From positions 1 through 50,012 of IMG/VR virus record IMGVR_UViG_3300032239_001852: a stretch of DNA of 50,012 bases; one strand, 5' to 3'. A program made the translations under genes and the position numbers. The stretch comes from a virus (Duplodnaviria > Caudoviricetes). The notes beneath the pieces are model-generated. The model was not told the DNA's origin. It saw nothing but the letters and a program-made list of their open reading frames with translations, and made no database searches. Shown here in pieces: positions 33,741 through 43,970 of the stretch. The stretch's first letter is position 1. Each line of letters starts with the position of its first letter.

Positions 33741-34034
33741 ATGGCAGACCTTAACCAGGTTCGCGCTAAGCGCGTGCTTACCCTTAATGACCTCGCTGAC
33801 ATCGAGGAGAAGTTTGGCGGCCTTGACAAGGTTGACCTTACGAAGTTTACTGTACTCCGCTACATCTTGTGGCTTGTACTCCGCAAAGATGACAAGACAT
33901 ACGATGAGCGCGCGGTTGGCGAAAAGTTTTCTCTTGACACCATGCGCGACGAAATTGATAAGGTTCTTCGCTCTAGCGGCCTGATCGGCAACGATGAGGA
34001 AGGTATTACCGAGGGAAAAGCTCCGGAGGCGTAA
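33741..34034 (+). CDS. tail assembly chaperone (G-like)
   Basis: Between tail tube and tape measure; ends in a slippery site. Confidence 0.75.
   Translation: MADLNQVRAKRVLTLNDLADIEEKFGGLDKVDLTKFTVLRYILWLVLRKDDKTYDERAVGEKFSLDTMRDEIDKVLRSSGLIGNDEEGITEGKAPEA
34013..34019 (+). other. programmed -1 ribosomal frameshift site G GGA AAA
   Basis: X XXY YYZ heptamer in the correct phase; the -1 frame is open into 34064-34303. Confidence 0.85.
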
Positions 34035-34303
34035 GCTGGTCTGACATTGACTGGGGAAGCATTATGGCATCGTATGCCGATGCATTTGGATATACCCCGG
34101 CCGAATTCATGGAGCTTACTCTTCCTCAATTGAACGCATTCGCCAAGCATGCTGAGCAACGCGACGCAGAAATGAAAGGCGAATCTTCAAGCTCATCCCC
34201 ATCAAAAAACCGAGCAAAGTTTGTCGAAGCAAAAGATGGCAACAAAAATATCGGGTCCCTAGAGCAAATGATCCAAGTGTTTGGGAAACCCGGAGCAAAG
34301 TGA
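34013..34303 (+). CDS. tail assembly chaperone frameshift extension (GT-like)
   Basis: -1 frame; FGYTPAEFMELTLPQL resembles T-segment sequences. Confidence 0.75.
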   Translation, partial: GKSSGGVSWSDIDWGSIMASYADAFGYTPAEFMELTLPQLNAFAKHAEQRDAEMKGESSSSSPSKNRAKFVEAKDGNKNIGSLEQMIQVFGKPGAK

Positions 34304-34316
34304 GTGGGGGTGGCAC

Positions 34317-37300
34317 GTGGCAGATGAGCAGCAGGGCGGAAATGTCGCACGAGTTGGGCTATCGCTCGACTCTACGGCTTTCCGTTCTGGCGTCCAGCGA
34401 ACCCTTGCCGACATTGAGAGCCTCCTTTCCGGACTCCGCAAACTCGGCTCAGCGGGGTCAAGCATTGGTGCAAGTCTCCTTGGTCCAGGTGGCCAATCAG
34501 CCCCACTCCAGATTGCTCGAGACATCCAGAGAACGACTATCCCTGCGCTTCGCGGGATGGAGCGTCAGGTACAGCTAGTTAATTCAGCCCTTATAAAACA
34601 AAATCAGTTACAGGCAAGTTCAATAGCTGCATTTACCGCAGCAAGCAAGCAGCGTAGCGCTATGATTCGGGAAGAAACGTTGGCAAACCTTAGGCAGCTT
34701 GATGCAGCAGAAGCTGCGCGCAAAGCTGCGGATCAAGCCCGCCTTGCAGCGTCACGGACTGATGCTGCAATTTCCCGAGAGAGGGCCGCGCGCAAGGCAG
34801 AACGAGAAGCTTACTTACAAGACGCTATCGCCTATAAGGATAGACGCAGCTATCACATGCCATCTGGGTCTGCATACCCCCAGAGCGCTCGTATCAATAA
34901 TCGTAAGGAAGGATTCTTTGGGGCCGAGCCAGGCCTGCGCTCCTTTGAGCACCCAAGTGGCGCCGGAAAGATCGAAGCTCGGTATATTGCCGCAGCCCTA
35001 GAGGAAATTCTCTCTTCCAACCAGCCGAATTATCCAGCTGCCATGCAGCCGCGCAACCGTGGTAGTTCAATGTCTGACCGTCAGATCCAAGGCATGATTA
35101 AGAACTTTGACCCGTCTTTAATCCTGCGAGACTTTCCGCATCTTGAGGAAGGCACCCCAGTAACCGTCGCGTTGCCTGATGGCCGGATGGCCGTAATCTC
35201 TGGAAACGGTCGCGTCATGGCCATGCGCGGAGCTACATTGTCCGCAGATGGCATATCGGCTGCTCAAAAAGCTCTAATACAAGAAACTCGTAATAAATTC
35301 TTTAAGGAGCAGGCAGACTTTATTAAATCAAACCCGCAGCTATTTGGCGGCGACAGCGCTGAAATGGGCAGGCAGATGGCCGCCATAGGAAAGGCGGGTA
35401 AGACCCCGGTACTGATTCGTCAGATTGCCGGCAGCTACGAAGGGCTTGGCGGAGATCTTGGCGTCGGACGAATGGCGCTCCAGCTAAACAACCGAACCGG
35501 CATGAACGCCTCTGAGGAGGCACTCGCTGTTGCGCGGCTTCTTGGGCGCACACCAAATCTTGGCCACGGCAGCGCTGCCTCATTGCTCTCTGGCAACGGA
35601 GATGCGATTGCTGCGTTCAAGGAAGAGGTTGCCAGCATTATCGGAAAGAAAAAATTTGAGAAGTCCTATCTCACCGGATCTGGCGCAGAATCACCAGAGC
35701 TTGCAAAGCTTCTTGAGCGAACACTTTTTGCTCGCGCCTACGGAAGTGATCCCGACACCCAACGACTCATCGCATCAGTATTTGAAAGCAAGAGTGGTAA
35801 AGGGTTGTTTAAATCAGGAATGGCTGCGTCATTACGCGAGTCCGTTGGCGCGCAACTAGGTGTCCGCGCCAAGATTGAAGCCGGATCGATTGGGCCAGAA
35901 CTTGATCCATTGCATGGAACGCTTGGTCGAGCCGTGTCGATTCTTGGCGATGTTGAGCGCGTTTATGGTCAAAATGGCATGGGGGCGTCACACGGAAATT
36001 CCGAAATGGCCCTGCAGCAGATCCAAGGAGCCCTTGGCCAGCAGGCATTCGCAGAGCTAAAGCCAGATGATCGTTCAATTAAACTGGCGCAAGGTATGCT
36101 TGTCAGCGGAGAAAAGAACTTTCACGCATTTATGCACGCTGTTTCCCAGTATGCATCAAGAGTTCGAGACGAGATGCGCCCGACGATGTTCCCAGACCCA
36201 ACAGAGATTTCTGGCAACTTTAATCAAATGATTGCAGCCGGCATAGATGCTGCGACAAAGTACCAGCAAAATATTGTTGCTGCCCTTGCAGATATTAGGA
36301 AAACAAAACCTGGTGCAAAAGCAGTTCCCGCGAGGCGGTTGGCTCAGATTCTCGATGAAGCAGTTTCTAGTACATTGAACCAAATTGCTGAGCAGCAGGC
36401 CGCGCAACTAGCTGCTGCTGCTGCTGCTAAGCCAGCACCTGCGCCTACAAATGGTTCCCCATTTAGCAAGGACGATGCACTACTGCGCGCGCGAGGAGAG
36501 GACCTTCGAACATTTGGCGCATCTCCCCGCGCCATTGGGACAGCGCCAAATTACATGTATGAAAACCAACCTGCCGACATTCAAAGGGCTCAAAATGAAA
36601 ACCTGATGACGGGTCTGTTTAATTACATGCGGTTAAAGGAACAACTAACTCAAGCATCTGCAGCACTAAAATCAGGCGGGAATATGCTTGCAACATCCAT
36701 GCCACATTATTATAGGGATGCCTTTAATAAAGGCGCGACTCCAGCGCAATTGATTTCAGAAATGGCGGAATCAATGGGCAAAATAGAAAAATACATAACT
36801 TACCTGCAAGAACTTGCTGGGTCTCGCGGACTGCTGCACAAGCTCGACGGGCAGATCAAAAAGGGGGCGGAGAAAATACCCCCATATCTTGGCGACGGCG
36901 TGTTTGATCCAAACACATTAGCCTTCAACGTTCCAGATAAGCTTAAATACACCAAAGCGATTGCAGGTAAAGGGGTTAATCAAAATACTGCCGATCAGCT
37001 AATGGCGGCCATAACCCCCATGCTTGAGCAATATTTCTACGCCCCAACTCCTTCTGGAGACCTACTTGCAAAATTGGGAATTCCAAACGATGCTGGAATT
37101 AAGCAAATGCAACAAGCGCTTGGGAAAAGCGGCAGAATGCCTGGCGCAGGCCTTCTTGCATCTGTCTTCCGGGGGGATTACGTTCGCCATTCTGGAAGCA
37201 TGGCAGCTGGCTCTGTTTCGGCAGTCGATCTTGGTTCGAAAGCTGGCCCAATGGGAAACTCGCAAGCATCAATTTTGAGCATCAATGCCCTTGTTGCTGG

Positions 37301-40300
37301 GTCGGTTTCCTCAATACTTGATACCCTTGTGCATGAAATCAGTCATACAACCATGCGCGCTAAGTATGGAGATGCTGCCGGCCGTATGCCGGAGGCCGAT
37401 CCGCGCTTCGTTCAAATCCAAGCACAAATGCATGCGCTCGAGGGCAGCCTTATGCCACAAATGGTTCGCCTTGTTCTGGCGGATCAGGCTCAACAACCTG
37501 CCGTGATGAGCCCAAAGGTTCGATCTTATGCTCAAAAGGCAGGAGGATTGGCCACATCTGGGCAATTAGACCAGCTTTATATTGAACAATTCTCAAAGCA
37601 GCTTGGGCCAGAAGGCGCAATAAAAGCCCTGGAATTTGTCACAGCGATTGTTAAATCTTCAGAACTTGTTGCACAAGCGTTTGGCCAGGGAACTGTATCT
37701 AGTGCAACCACTGCGATGAACAAGGTTATTGCAAACTGGGCAGAGCTCACTGCTGCAGTTTCAACAAGGCCAACATATGCCCTGGAGGCCGCCGGCGTGC
37801 TTCATGGTGGATTTAACAAGCTTATGAGCGCCCCAGGGACGCAAAATCCACTAATGATGCAGGGTGGCTTGGTAAAGGTGTTTGAGGATGCCTTGGCGCG
37901 CATGGCTGGCGGTCGACTACTTGCGCCCGCAAATGCACTAATGCCAACTCTTCCAAAAGACATGCGGGACTTTATTTCCACGGCACCAACTGACGTGCTC
38001 TCTCGCGTGCTTGGCGCATCAGGAAAAAACATCACAAACTTGAAGGCAATGGACGATGGGGACGCCGCAAAAGTCCGAGCCGCCTTGCTTGGCCTTGTCA
38101 CTGACTTTGAGAAGGCCTCTGCCGCTGCAAAGAACTTTGCAACCTCTGCCGAAATAGCCCGATCACAGATTAGTGGCGGCCAGTCGCGTGCCCATGCGCC
38201 ACCAAGCGTTTCAAATGTATTGCCGCCATCCTCAAGGGCGCCGCAATTGCCACCAGTCACACGCGTCTACGGAACCCCAATATCTCTGGGGCCAGGCGGT
38301 GGGGCTGGTGGTTTTGTTGGTGGTGGAGATGCGCTGCAGCCAGGTGGCGGATCAATGGTGCCGCCAATTGGTGGAGGTAGTACTGGCGGCAATGGCGGGG
38401 GCAATAACGCGCGAAGGCCGGGAAGCGGTGGAAGTGGTGGCGGATACACGATTGGCGGCGGCGCATTTGACGATTTCCGCAGCTGGTGGGCGGCTAATGG
38501 TGAGCAGGTCTCGCAGTTCCTTAAATTTACTGCTAATAATGGCATTCCAAGGTACGGCGGTTTGGGGACTCCAGTTCAAGAAACTATGGGGGCTAATGGC
38601 GGGTTTAATCCAATATATTCCGCCGAACAGCTGAGCCAACAGAGGCAAACACAACGACTAAACAAAATCAACGCCGGTTATCAAGCAACCATTGGCAGCA
38701 TTATGCCGCAATATCAGAGCGCATATTCCTCTTACCAAGCCGGACAATTTTCCGAAGATACAAGAAAATCTAATGCAAAAACCGCATTTGTTGAGCAGCA
38801 GCTAAACGCTCAAGCCGCAGCATCTGCACAAAGCAGGTTGAATATGATTGTCAGAGATGGACATATCCAATTTGGTCAGCTTGCCAAGGCCGTAACTGCC
38901 ACTGGCAACGGCATGGTTTTCTCCACGCTCAACACATTGAAGTTTGCCACCGCGCTTGCATTCGGTCGGCAAATTACTATGACAATTATCCAGGTATTTG
39001 ATCATTTGCGTGGTGGCGTAATTGAATTCAACGCTCAAATTGAGGCCGCTTCGGTAGGGTTTACGACGCTGTTCAAAAACTCTGGAATGACCATGGAAGA
39101 GGCCAAAGCTAAAACCAATGAAACTATCCAAGCGCTTATTAAATTCGCAAACGTAACAAACTTCCGCTTTGGCGAACTAGAAACTGCCGCCCTCCGCATG
39201 AAGGCATTCGGCTTTGAAATCGATACTGCTGCCGCAAAGGCCAAGGGGCAAATGCCAATTTTGGAAATGATGCAGAATGCATTTAATCCAGATGCGCCAA
39301 TCAAATTTAGCGGAGCTATCGTCAACATCGGAGACGCCGTTGCCGCTCTTGGTGCCGAGGATGACAAGCTTCGCCGCGTAACGTATGCACTTGGACAGAT
39401 GAACTCGGCGGGACGCGTCTATCAAAATGACATGATGCAGCTGTCTAACGCCGGAATCGCAGGGTATGACATTCTTTCTAAGGCAATTTTGAAGCAATTG
39501 CAATCCGACCCTGCGCTTAAAAAAGCTAACGCCGTTCTTTACAATAAGTTGCTAGACCCAACGACTGCCGTGGATGCAGTGCGTCAGTTGGCAAAAGTAG
39601 GCAAAATTGGTGGGCCACAGGCCGTACAGGCCATTTTGCAAGGCCTTAAAGAGCGCTACGGCGGCGGAATGGAAGCATTTGCTAAAACATTTAAGGGGGC
39701 AATGACCACCATTGCCGATACGTCCCAGTTCCTTATTGCTACGGCATTTAAGCCATTCTTCGAGATGGTGCGAGATCAAACCTATCAACTCTCTCTTACC
39801 TTGCAAACACCTGCGGCCACTGCTCAAGCTCAAAAAATTGGCGTGGCAATTAAGCAAGTTACTGATGGAATAAAGGGTGGACTGCCCGGCGTAGTCAAAG
39901 TCTTGGAAACATTCGGAGGCGCGTTTGCCAACGTCATTTCTGGATTTAGCGAAAACCTGCAAAAGCCCGGAAGCACCGTTCTTGGGTTTTTTGATTCCTT
40001 TGCCCATGGCCTTGGGATTGTTGGTGACATTCTATCAAATCAAGTGATTGGTAAACTTGTTGCTACCGGTGTAGCAATGAAAGTGCTTGCTAGCGCTATG
40101 GCAGCAAATCCTCTAATGGCAACCATTATTGGCGGAACTGCACTTGTTGGTTTCCTTGGGAATGCTGCAGACACAAACGCATTTGGCCTGAAAGATACCA
40201 TCAATAATTTTACCACTTCAGTTCAGGCTGCGCTTGCCAATACATCTGCATCGTTGGTTCCGACATTGACTTCGGGCATGGCCGCAAGCCTGCAAACAAT

Positions 40301-43300
40301 TGGAGCCATACTTCTTTCCGCAGTAAAAACTGTTATGCCTACCATTCAAACAATTATTGAAAAGATTTCCTTGCTTGGCGGAACGTTCGAAAGCCTCGCA
40401 CCGATCATTGGAACATTCTTTGGCATCTGGCTTGGTAAGCGCATTTTGATTGATGGAATTGCCGCAGCAATGCTTAAGTTGGCCACGGCAACAAAAGCTG
40501 TTGGAACAAGCATGAGCAATGCCCGGACGGCTGGGTCAATGGCGTCAATGTTTGGAACCACAGCACGCTATTCTGAGCAGGTGCAAGGGTTACATACAGA
40601 AAAGGGGAAAATACTTATAGGTCCGGACAACAAGGTTCTTCGCTCCCCGACAGGCGAGGTATTGAGAGATGCAGATACTCTCCAGTTAATGCCATTTGGC
40701 AGTGGCAAAGGTTTTGCTGGGGGCCCATCCATGACTGCGGCCATGATAGCAAAAGCACAAGCCGATGCTCGTATTGCAACCGCTAACGGAACTCCAACTA
40801 TTTTCGACCCAACGTTGTTCAGGGGGCAAGAAAATATGCCAGTTTCCGCAAAGGAAGCCCCTGGGCTGATGCAATTTATTAAGGGACAAGGTCCGTACGC
40901 AGGAGCCCCAGAGAGGGATCAGTTTGCTGCAAAGGTTGGCCCGGAAGAAGCAAAGAGGCTTAGTGGAGAGTTTGCGGCAGTCAGGGAAACTGCTCGGGGA
41001 TTTGGTTCGGCCCTCAAAGAGACATTTACCAGCGTACAAGGGTTTAAAACAGGGATCAGCTCCGCAGCGTCCTCCGTTGTAAACAATATGGGACAACTGA
41101 GTGGGGCAAGCATTGGGGTTGGCATTGGCTTGACTGCACTTGGAACCATGTTGAACAACGATGTGCTTACGTCAATAGGTGGATTCGTCACACAAATTGG
41201 ACTATTGATGATGGGACTAAACGCGGCGATGGGCGCCCTTATGCTTCTTGGAGCCTCTTCAGGTGTTGCTCTTGCAATTAGCGCACTAGCTGTTGGCTTT
41301 ATTGGACTTTTTGCTGCCGCAGATTCCGCAACAAAAGCCCTGCGCAAATTGGCCGAAGATAGTCCATACGGAAAACAAGTTGCCAGCGATGAGGCATACG
41401 TAAAGGCATTTACTGAAGCCCATCCTGAGCTTGCAAAAACGATTATCAAAGAAAATCCATCCACCCCGGCAGACATGAATACGCCAGATGCAAAAGCTGG
41501 AATGCTTTCATTTGCAAAAATGGCTTTGTTGGAATCTAAAACCAGGACTCAAAATGACATTAACAAAATGAGCGAGCAGGATATCCTTGATTCCTATAAT
41601 TTGTATAAGCATGGATCTTATGGTGGCGAGGGATATGACTATCTAAAAACAGATGCAAATATTCGAACAACTTCGCCTGCTGCATTACAAGCCATGCGAG
41701 ACTACGATATTAAAGAAGCACAAAAAAACTATAACCTTGTCTACGGACCTGGCTCCAAAGATGTGTCAAAAAACCCAGAGCTTAAGAAGGCACAAGACCT
41801 AGAAATTGTTCACTTGGCATCTCTTGGGACTGCCGTAGATGATATAGCAAAAAAGATTTTTGGCGTCGTTACTAAAGATACACATCTGCGTGTTACTGAC
41901 GCAATTGCCGGAGTTTCAGGAACTCCTGCAGCAGAAACAGCCTTAAAACTACTTAAAGCTTCTGTGGATACGAGCGGCCAAGTCGCCAAGGACGCTGCTG
42001 ACGCCCTAACTAAGGCCTCTGAAGCGTTCCAAACGCCACTCAATCGATTGCTGGCTAGGGCTAAAGAATTATTAAAACTCGTCTTCGAAGATGAAAAGAA
42101 ACAGCTTGAAACAGAACGGTCTAAGGCCCTTGATAACATTACTGTTCTTTCCAACGGCGAAACTATTCGTCTTGGAACCCTAAAAGAGCAGTACGCAACG
42201 CTTGTCGAACAGCGACAAGAAATGGAAAAACTTAAAGCCCTTGAAAAAGATCGTCAAGCCGCCGCAGAAGCGGCTGCGGCAATGTTTGATGCAAATGTTG
42301 ACCCGCTTCAACGTGCCGTTGCTGCACGCGAAGCAGCTCGAACACTTTATGACAACCAAGGTCAAAACAAAATTGACAATATGCAGGCGGCTATCACCGC
42401 CGGAGAAGCCAGTGTACCGTACAAAAACACCGTTGATTTTTATGATCTGAAGCTTAAGCAGCTTGAAACTAATCAGTCTGATCGAGAGCGCCGGCTTGAC
42501 GAACGAATCCAAGACTTGCAAAAAAAGATTGACGAAGGAAAGATTACCCTTGCGGCAGCAAAAGCAGAGCTTAACTCTGCCTTCTCAGACGCAGGGATTG
42601 ATGTTGCCGTACTAAGAGACCGAAGTGGCGATATTGGGAAGCAATTTGGGCAAGGTTTCTATGATGGCCTTATCAAAAACCTTGACGCAACATTCGCAAA
42701 CTTAGGGGCATACATTCTTGCTGCTGCTAAAAAACTTAAAGCAGACAAGGACCTTATTGCCGCGCAAGATTTGCTTGCTTCAGCGACAGAGCCAAAACAA
42801 AAATACGTTAAAAGCGAAGTTGTCAAGGAATCCCTGAAGCCAAAACTAGCTCGGTATCAGCAACTCCTAGAACAAATAAATCTTAAGCAAAAGTTAATTG
42901 CGAATGATCCAACCAAAACGCAAGAGATGAAGGCCCTTGATTACGCTGGTGCAATCCTGCGGCAAGAGATAACAGCAATGTCAGCAACAATTAAAGACTT
43001 GGCACTTCGACCTTTCCAGGCTGAGGAAATGTTGACCGCCGCTTCAACACAGTTTGATTCTTTTATGAAATCAATTATGGAAGCCTTAACCGGAGTTTCC
43101 GTAGGCCCTGTTCCTGCTAAGGCTGCTGGTGGACCTATCTTTAATAACGGTTCTTACATGGTTGGAGAGCGTGGCCCAGAGCTTCTAAAGGTCGGAAAAA
43201 ATGGCCAGATGACAATTGTCCCTAACCACATGCTCCCTACGTACCTCAAGTCTTCAGCCGGCGCCCTTGGCGCTGGTCGTTATGGTATTGGTAACTATGC

Positions 43301-43967
43301 CTTTGGCACTGGATCGGGTGATTCTGGTGTGCATAACCTCAATAATATGTCACATTTGCAAAAAACCGCACTTCGCCTTGGCAGGAATGGACAAATTGCT
43401 GGAGACTGGAAGGCTGCTCTTGGGATGCTTTTGATGCGCGCCGGGGCACCATTGGGGGCCCTTGCGGGCAAAGCGGGGGGTCTACTTGAGCGATACGTAG
43501 AGTGGGGCACAAAAGAAGGAGGATGGGCAGATAAACTTGCTGGATCATGGGAAAATATTGGGGGACCAGGTTATGAGCCAAGTAAGTTTGTACAAAACGC
43601 GTCAAAACTTGGTTTCTTACAAACTTGGGGCCTGCAAGCATTAGAGGACAACCCATTTAGTAATTATTTGTCAACAAATTTCTTAAAAAGCATGGGAATT
43701 GCTGGGGCAACTATTGGCGGCACCTATGCAGAAGGGCAAGCGTTAAAGTCTGCCCCTGGATTCCTTATGGACCTCCTTACTGGTGGCCCACGATCTATGA
43801 CCTCACCGAACGTGCATGCACACCCATCTCGGTCATCAATTAGTGGTACAGTAAACATTCACAATCCGCAGCTAAACTCTGCCGCCGACATTGACCGGCT
43901 GGCCGAGAAAGTTGCAGCAGCCCAGACCCGATCACTTCGGGCCATGGGATACGCACGGCCGAGGTAA
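34317..43967 (+). CDS. very large tape measure protein with N-terminal cargo domains (start GTG 34317 inferred)
   Basis: Tape measure domain at ~39030-39720 (FANVTNF...GDAVAALG...YALGQMNSAGRV..DMMQLSNAGI); C-terminal AAGGP...VGERGPEL; synteny. Confidence 0.9.
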   Translation: MADEQQGGNVARVGLSLDSTAFRSGVQRTLADIESLLSGLRKLGSAGSSIGASLLGPGGQSAPLQIARDIQRTTIPALRGMERQVQLVNSALIKQNQLQASSIAAFTAASKQRSAMIREETLANLRQLDAAEAARKAADQARLAASRTDAAISRERAARKAEREAYLQDAIAYKDRRSYHMPSGSAYPQSARINNRKEGFFGAEPGLRSFEHPSGAGKIEARYIAAALEEILSSNQPNYPAAMQPRNRGSSMSDRQIQGMIKNFDPSLILRDFPHLEEGTPVTVALPDGRMAVISGNGRVMAMRGATLSADGISAAQKALIQETRNKFFKEQADFIKSNPQLFGGDSAEMGRQMAAIGKAGKTPVLIRQIAGSYEGLGGDLGVGRMALQLNNRTGMNASEEALAVARLLGRTPNLGHGSAASLLSGNGDAIAAFKEEVASIIGKKKFEKSYLTGSGAESPELAKLLERTLFARAYGSDPDTQRLIASVFESKSGKGLFKSGMAASLRESVGAQLGVRAKIEAGSIGPELDPLHGTLGRAVSILGDVERVYGQNGMGASHGNSEMALQQIQGALGQQAFAELKPDDRSIKLAQGMLVSGEKNFHAFMHAVSQYASRVRDEMRPTMFPDPTEISGNFNQMIAAGIDAATKYQQNIVAALADIRKTKPGAKAVPARRLAQILDEAVSSTLNQIAEQQAAQLAAAAAAKPAPAPTNGSPFSKDDALLRARGEDLRTFGASPRAIGTAPNYMYENQPADIQRAQNENLMTGLFNYMRLKEQLTQASAALKSGGNMLATSMPHYYRDAFNKGATPAQLISEMAESMGKIEKYITYLQELAGSRGLLHKLDGQIKKGAEKIPPYLGDGVFDPNTLAFNVPDKLKYTKAIAGKGVNQNTADQLMAAITPMLEQYFYAPTPSGDLLAKLGIPNDAGIKQMQQALGKSGRMPGAGLLASVFRGDYVRHSGSMAAGSVSAVDLGSKAGPMGNSQASILSINALVAGSVSSILDTLVHEISHTTMRAKYGDAAGRMPEADPRFVQIQAQMHALEGSLMPQMVRLVLADQAQQPAVMSPKVRSYAQKAGGLATSGQLDQLYIEQFSKQLGPEGAIKALEFVTAIVKSSELVAQAFGQGTVSSATTAMNKVIANWAELTAAVSTRPTYALEAAGVLHGGFNKLMSAPGTQNPLMMQGGLVKVFEDALARMAGGRLLAPANALMPTLPKDMRDFISTAPTDVLSRVLGASGKNITNLKAMDDGDAAKVRAALLGLVTDFEKASAAAKNFATSAEIARSQISGGQSRAHAPPSVSNVLPPSSRAPQLPPVTRVYGTPISLGPGGGAGGFVGGGDALQPGGGSMVPPIGGGSTGGNGGGNNARRPGSGGSGGGYTIGGGAFDDFRSWWAANGEQVSQFLKFTANNGIPRYGGLGTPVQETMGANGGFNPIYSAEQLSQQRQTQRLNKINAGYQATIGSIMPQYQSAYSSYQAGQFSEDTRKSNAKTAFVEQQLNAQAAASAQSRLNMIVRDGHIQFGQLAKAVTATGNGMVFSTLNTLKFATALAFGRQITMTIIQVFDHLRGGVIEFNAQIEAASVGFTTLFKNSGMTMEEAKAKTNETIQALIKFANVTNFRFGELETAALRMKAFGFEIDTAAAKAKGQMPILEMMQNAFNPDAPIKFSGAIVNIGDAVAALGAEDDKLRRVTYALGQMNSAGRVYQNDMMQLSNAGIAGYDILSKAILKQLQSDPALKKANAVLYNKLLDPTTAVDAVRQLAKVGKIGGPQAVQAILQGLKERYGGGMEAFAKTFKGAMTTIADTSQFLIATAFKPFFEMVRDQTYQLSLTLQTPAATAQAQKIGVAIKQVTDGIKGGLPGVVKVLETFGGAFANVISGFSENLQKPGSTVLGFFDSFAHGLGIVGDILSNQVIGKLVATGVAMKVLASAMAANPLMATIIGGTALVGFLGNAADTNAFGLKDTINNFTTSVQAALANTSASLVPTLTSGMAASLQTIGAILLSAVKTVMPTIQTIIEKISLLGGTFESLAPIIGTFFGIWLGKRILIDGIAAAMLKLATATKAVGTSMSNARTAGSMASMFGTTARYSEQVQGLHTEKGKILIGPDNKVLRSPTGEVLRDADTLQLMPFGSGKGFAGGPSMTAAMIAKAQADARIATANGTPTIFDPTLFRGQENMPVSAKEAPGLMQFIKGQGPYAGAPERDQFAAKVGPEEAKRLSGEFAAVRETARGFGSALKETFTSVQGFKTGISSAASSVVNNMGQLSGASIGVGIGLTALGTMLNNDVLTSIGGFVTQIGLLMMGLNAAMGALMLLGASSGVALAISALAVGFIGLFAAADSATKALRKLAEDSPYGKQVASDEAYVKAFTEAHPELAKTIIKENPSTPADMNTPDAKAGMLSFAKMALLESKTRTQNDINKMSEQDILDSYNLYKHGSYGGEGYDYLKTDANIRTTSPAALQAMRDYDIKEAQKNYNLVYGPGSKDVSKNPELKKAQDLEIVHLASLGTAVDDIAKKIFGVVTKDTHLRVTDAIAGVSGTPAAETALKLLKASVDTSGQVAKDAADALTKASEAFQTPLNRLLARAKELLKLVFEDEKKQLETERSKALDNITVLSNGETIRLGTLKEQYATLVEQRQEMEKLKALEKDRQAAAEAAAAMFDANVDPLQRAVAAREAARTLYDNQGQNKIDNMQAAITAGEASVPYKNTVDFYDLKLKQLETNQSDRERRLDERIQDLQKKIDEGKITLAAAKAELNSAFSDAGIDVAVLRDRSGDIGKQFGQGFYDGLIKNLDATFANLGAYILAAAKKLKADKDLIAAQDLLASATEPKQKYVKSEVVKESLKPKLARYQQLLEQINLKQKLIANDPTKTQEMKALDYAGAILRQEITAMSATIKDLALRPFQAEEMLTAASTQFDSFMKSIMEALTGVSVGPVPAKAAGGPIFNNGSYMVGERGPELLKVGKNGQMTIVPNHMLPTYLKSSAGALGAGRYGIGNYAFGTGSGDSGVHNLNNMSHLQKTALRLGRNGQIAGDWKAALGMLLMRAGAPLGALAGKAGGLLERYVEWGTKEGGWADKLAGSWENIGGPGYEPSKFVQNASKLGFLQTWGLQALEDNPFSNYLSTNFLKSMGIAGATIGGTYAEGQALKSAPGFLMDLLTGGPRSMTSPNVHAHPSRSSISGTVNIHNPQLNSAADIDRLAEKVAAAQTRSLRAMGYARPR

Positions 43968-43970
43968 TAG

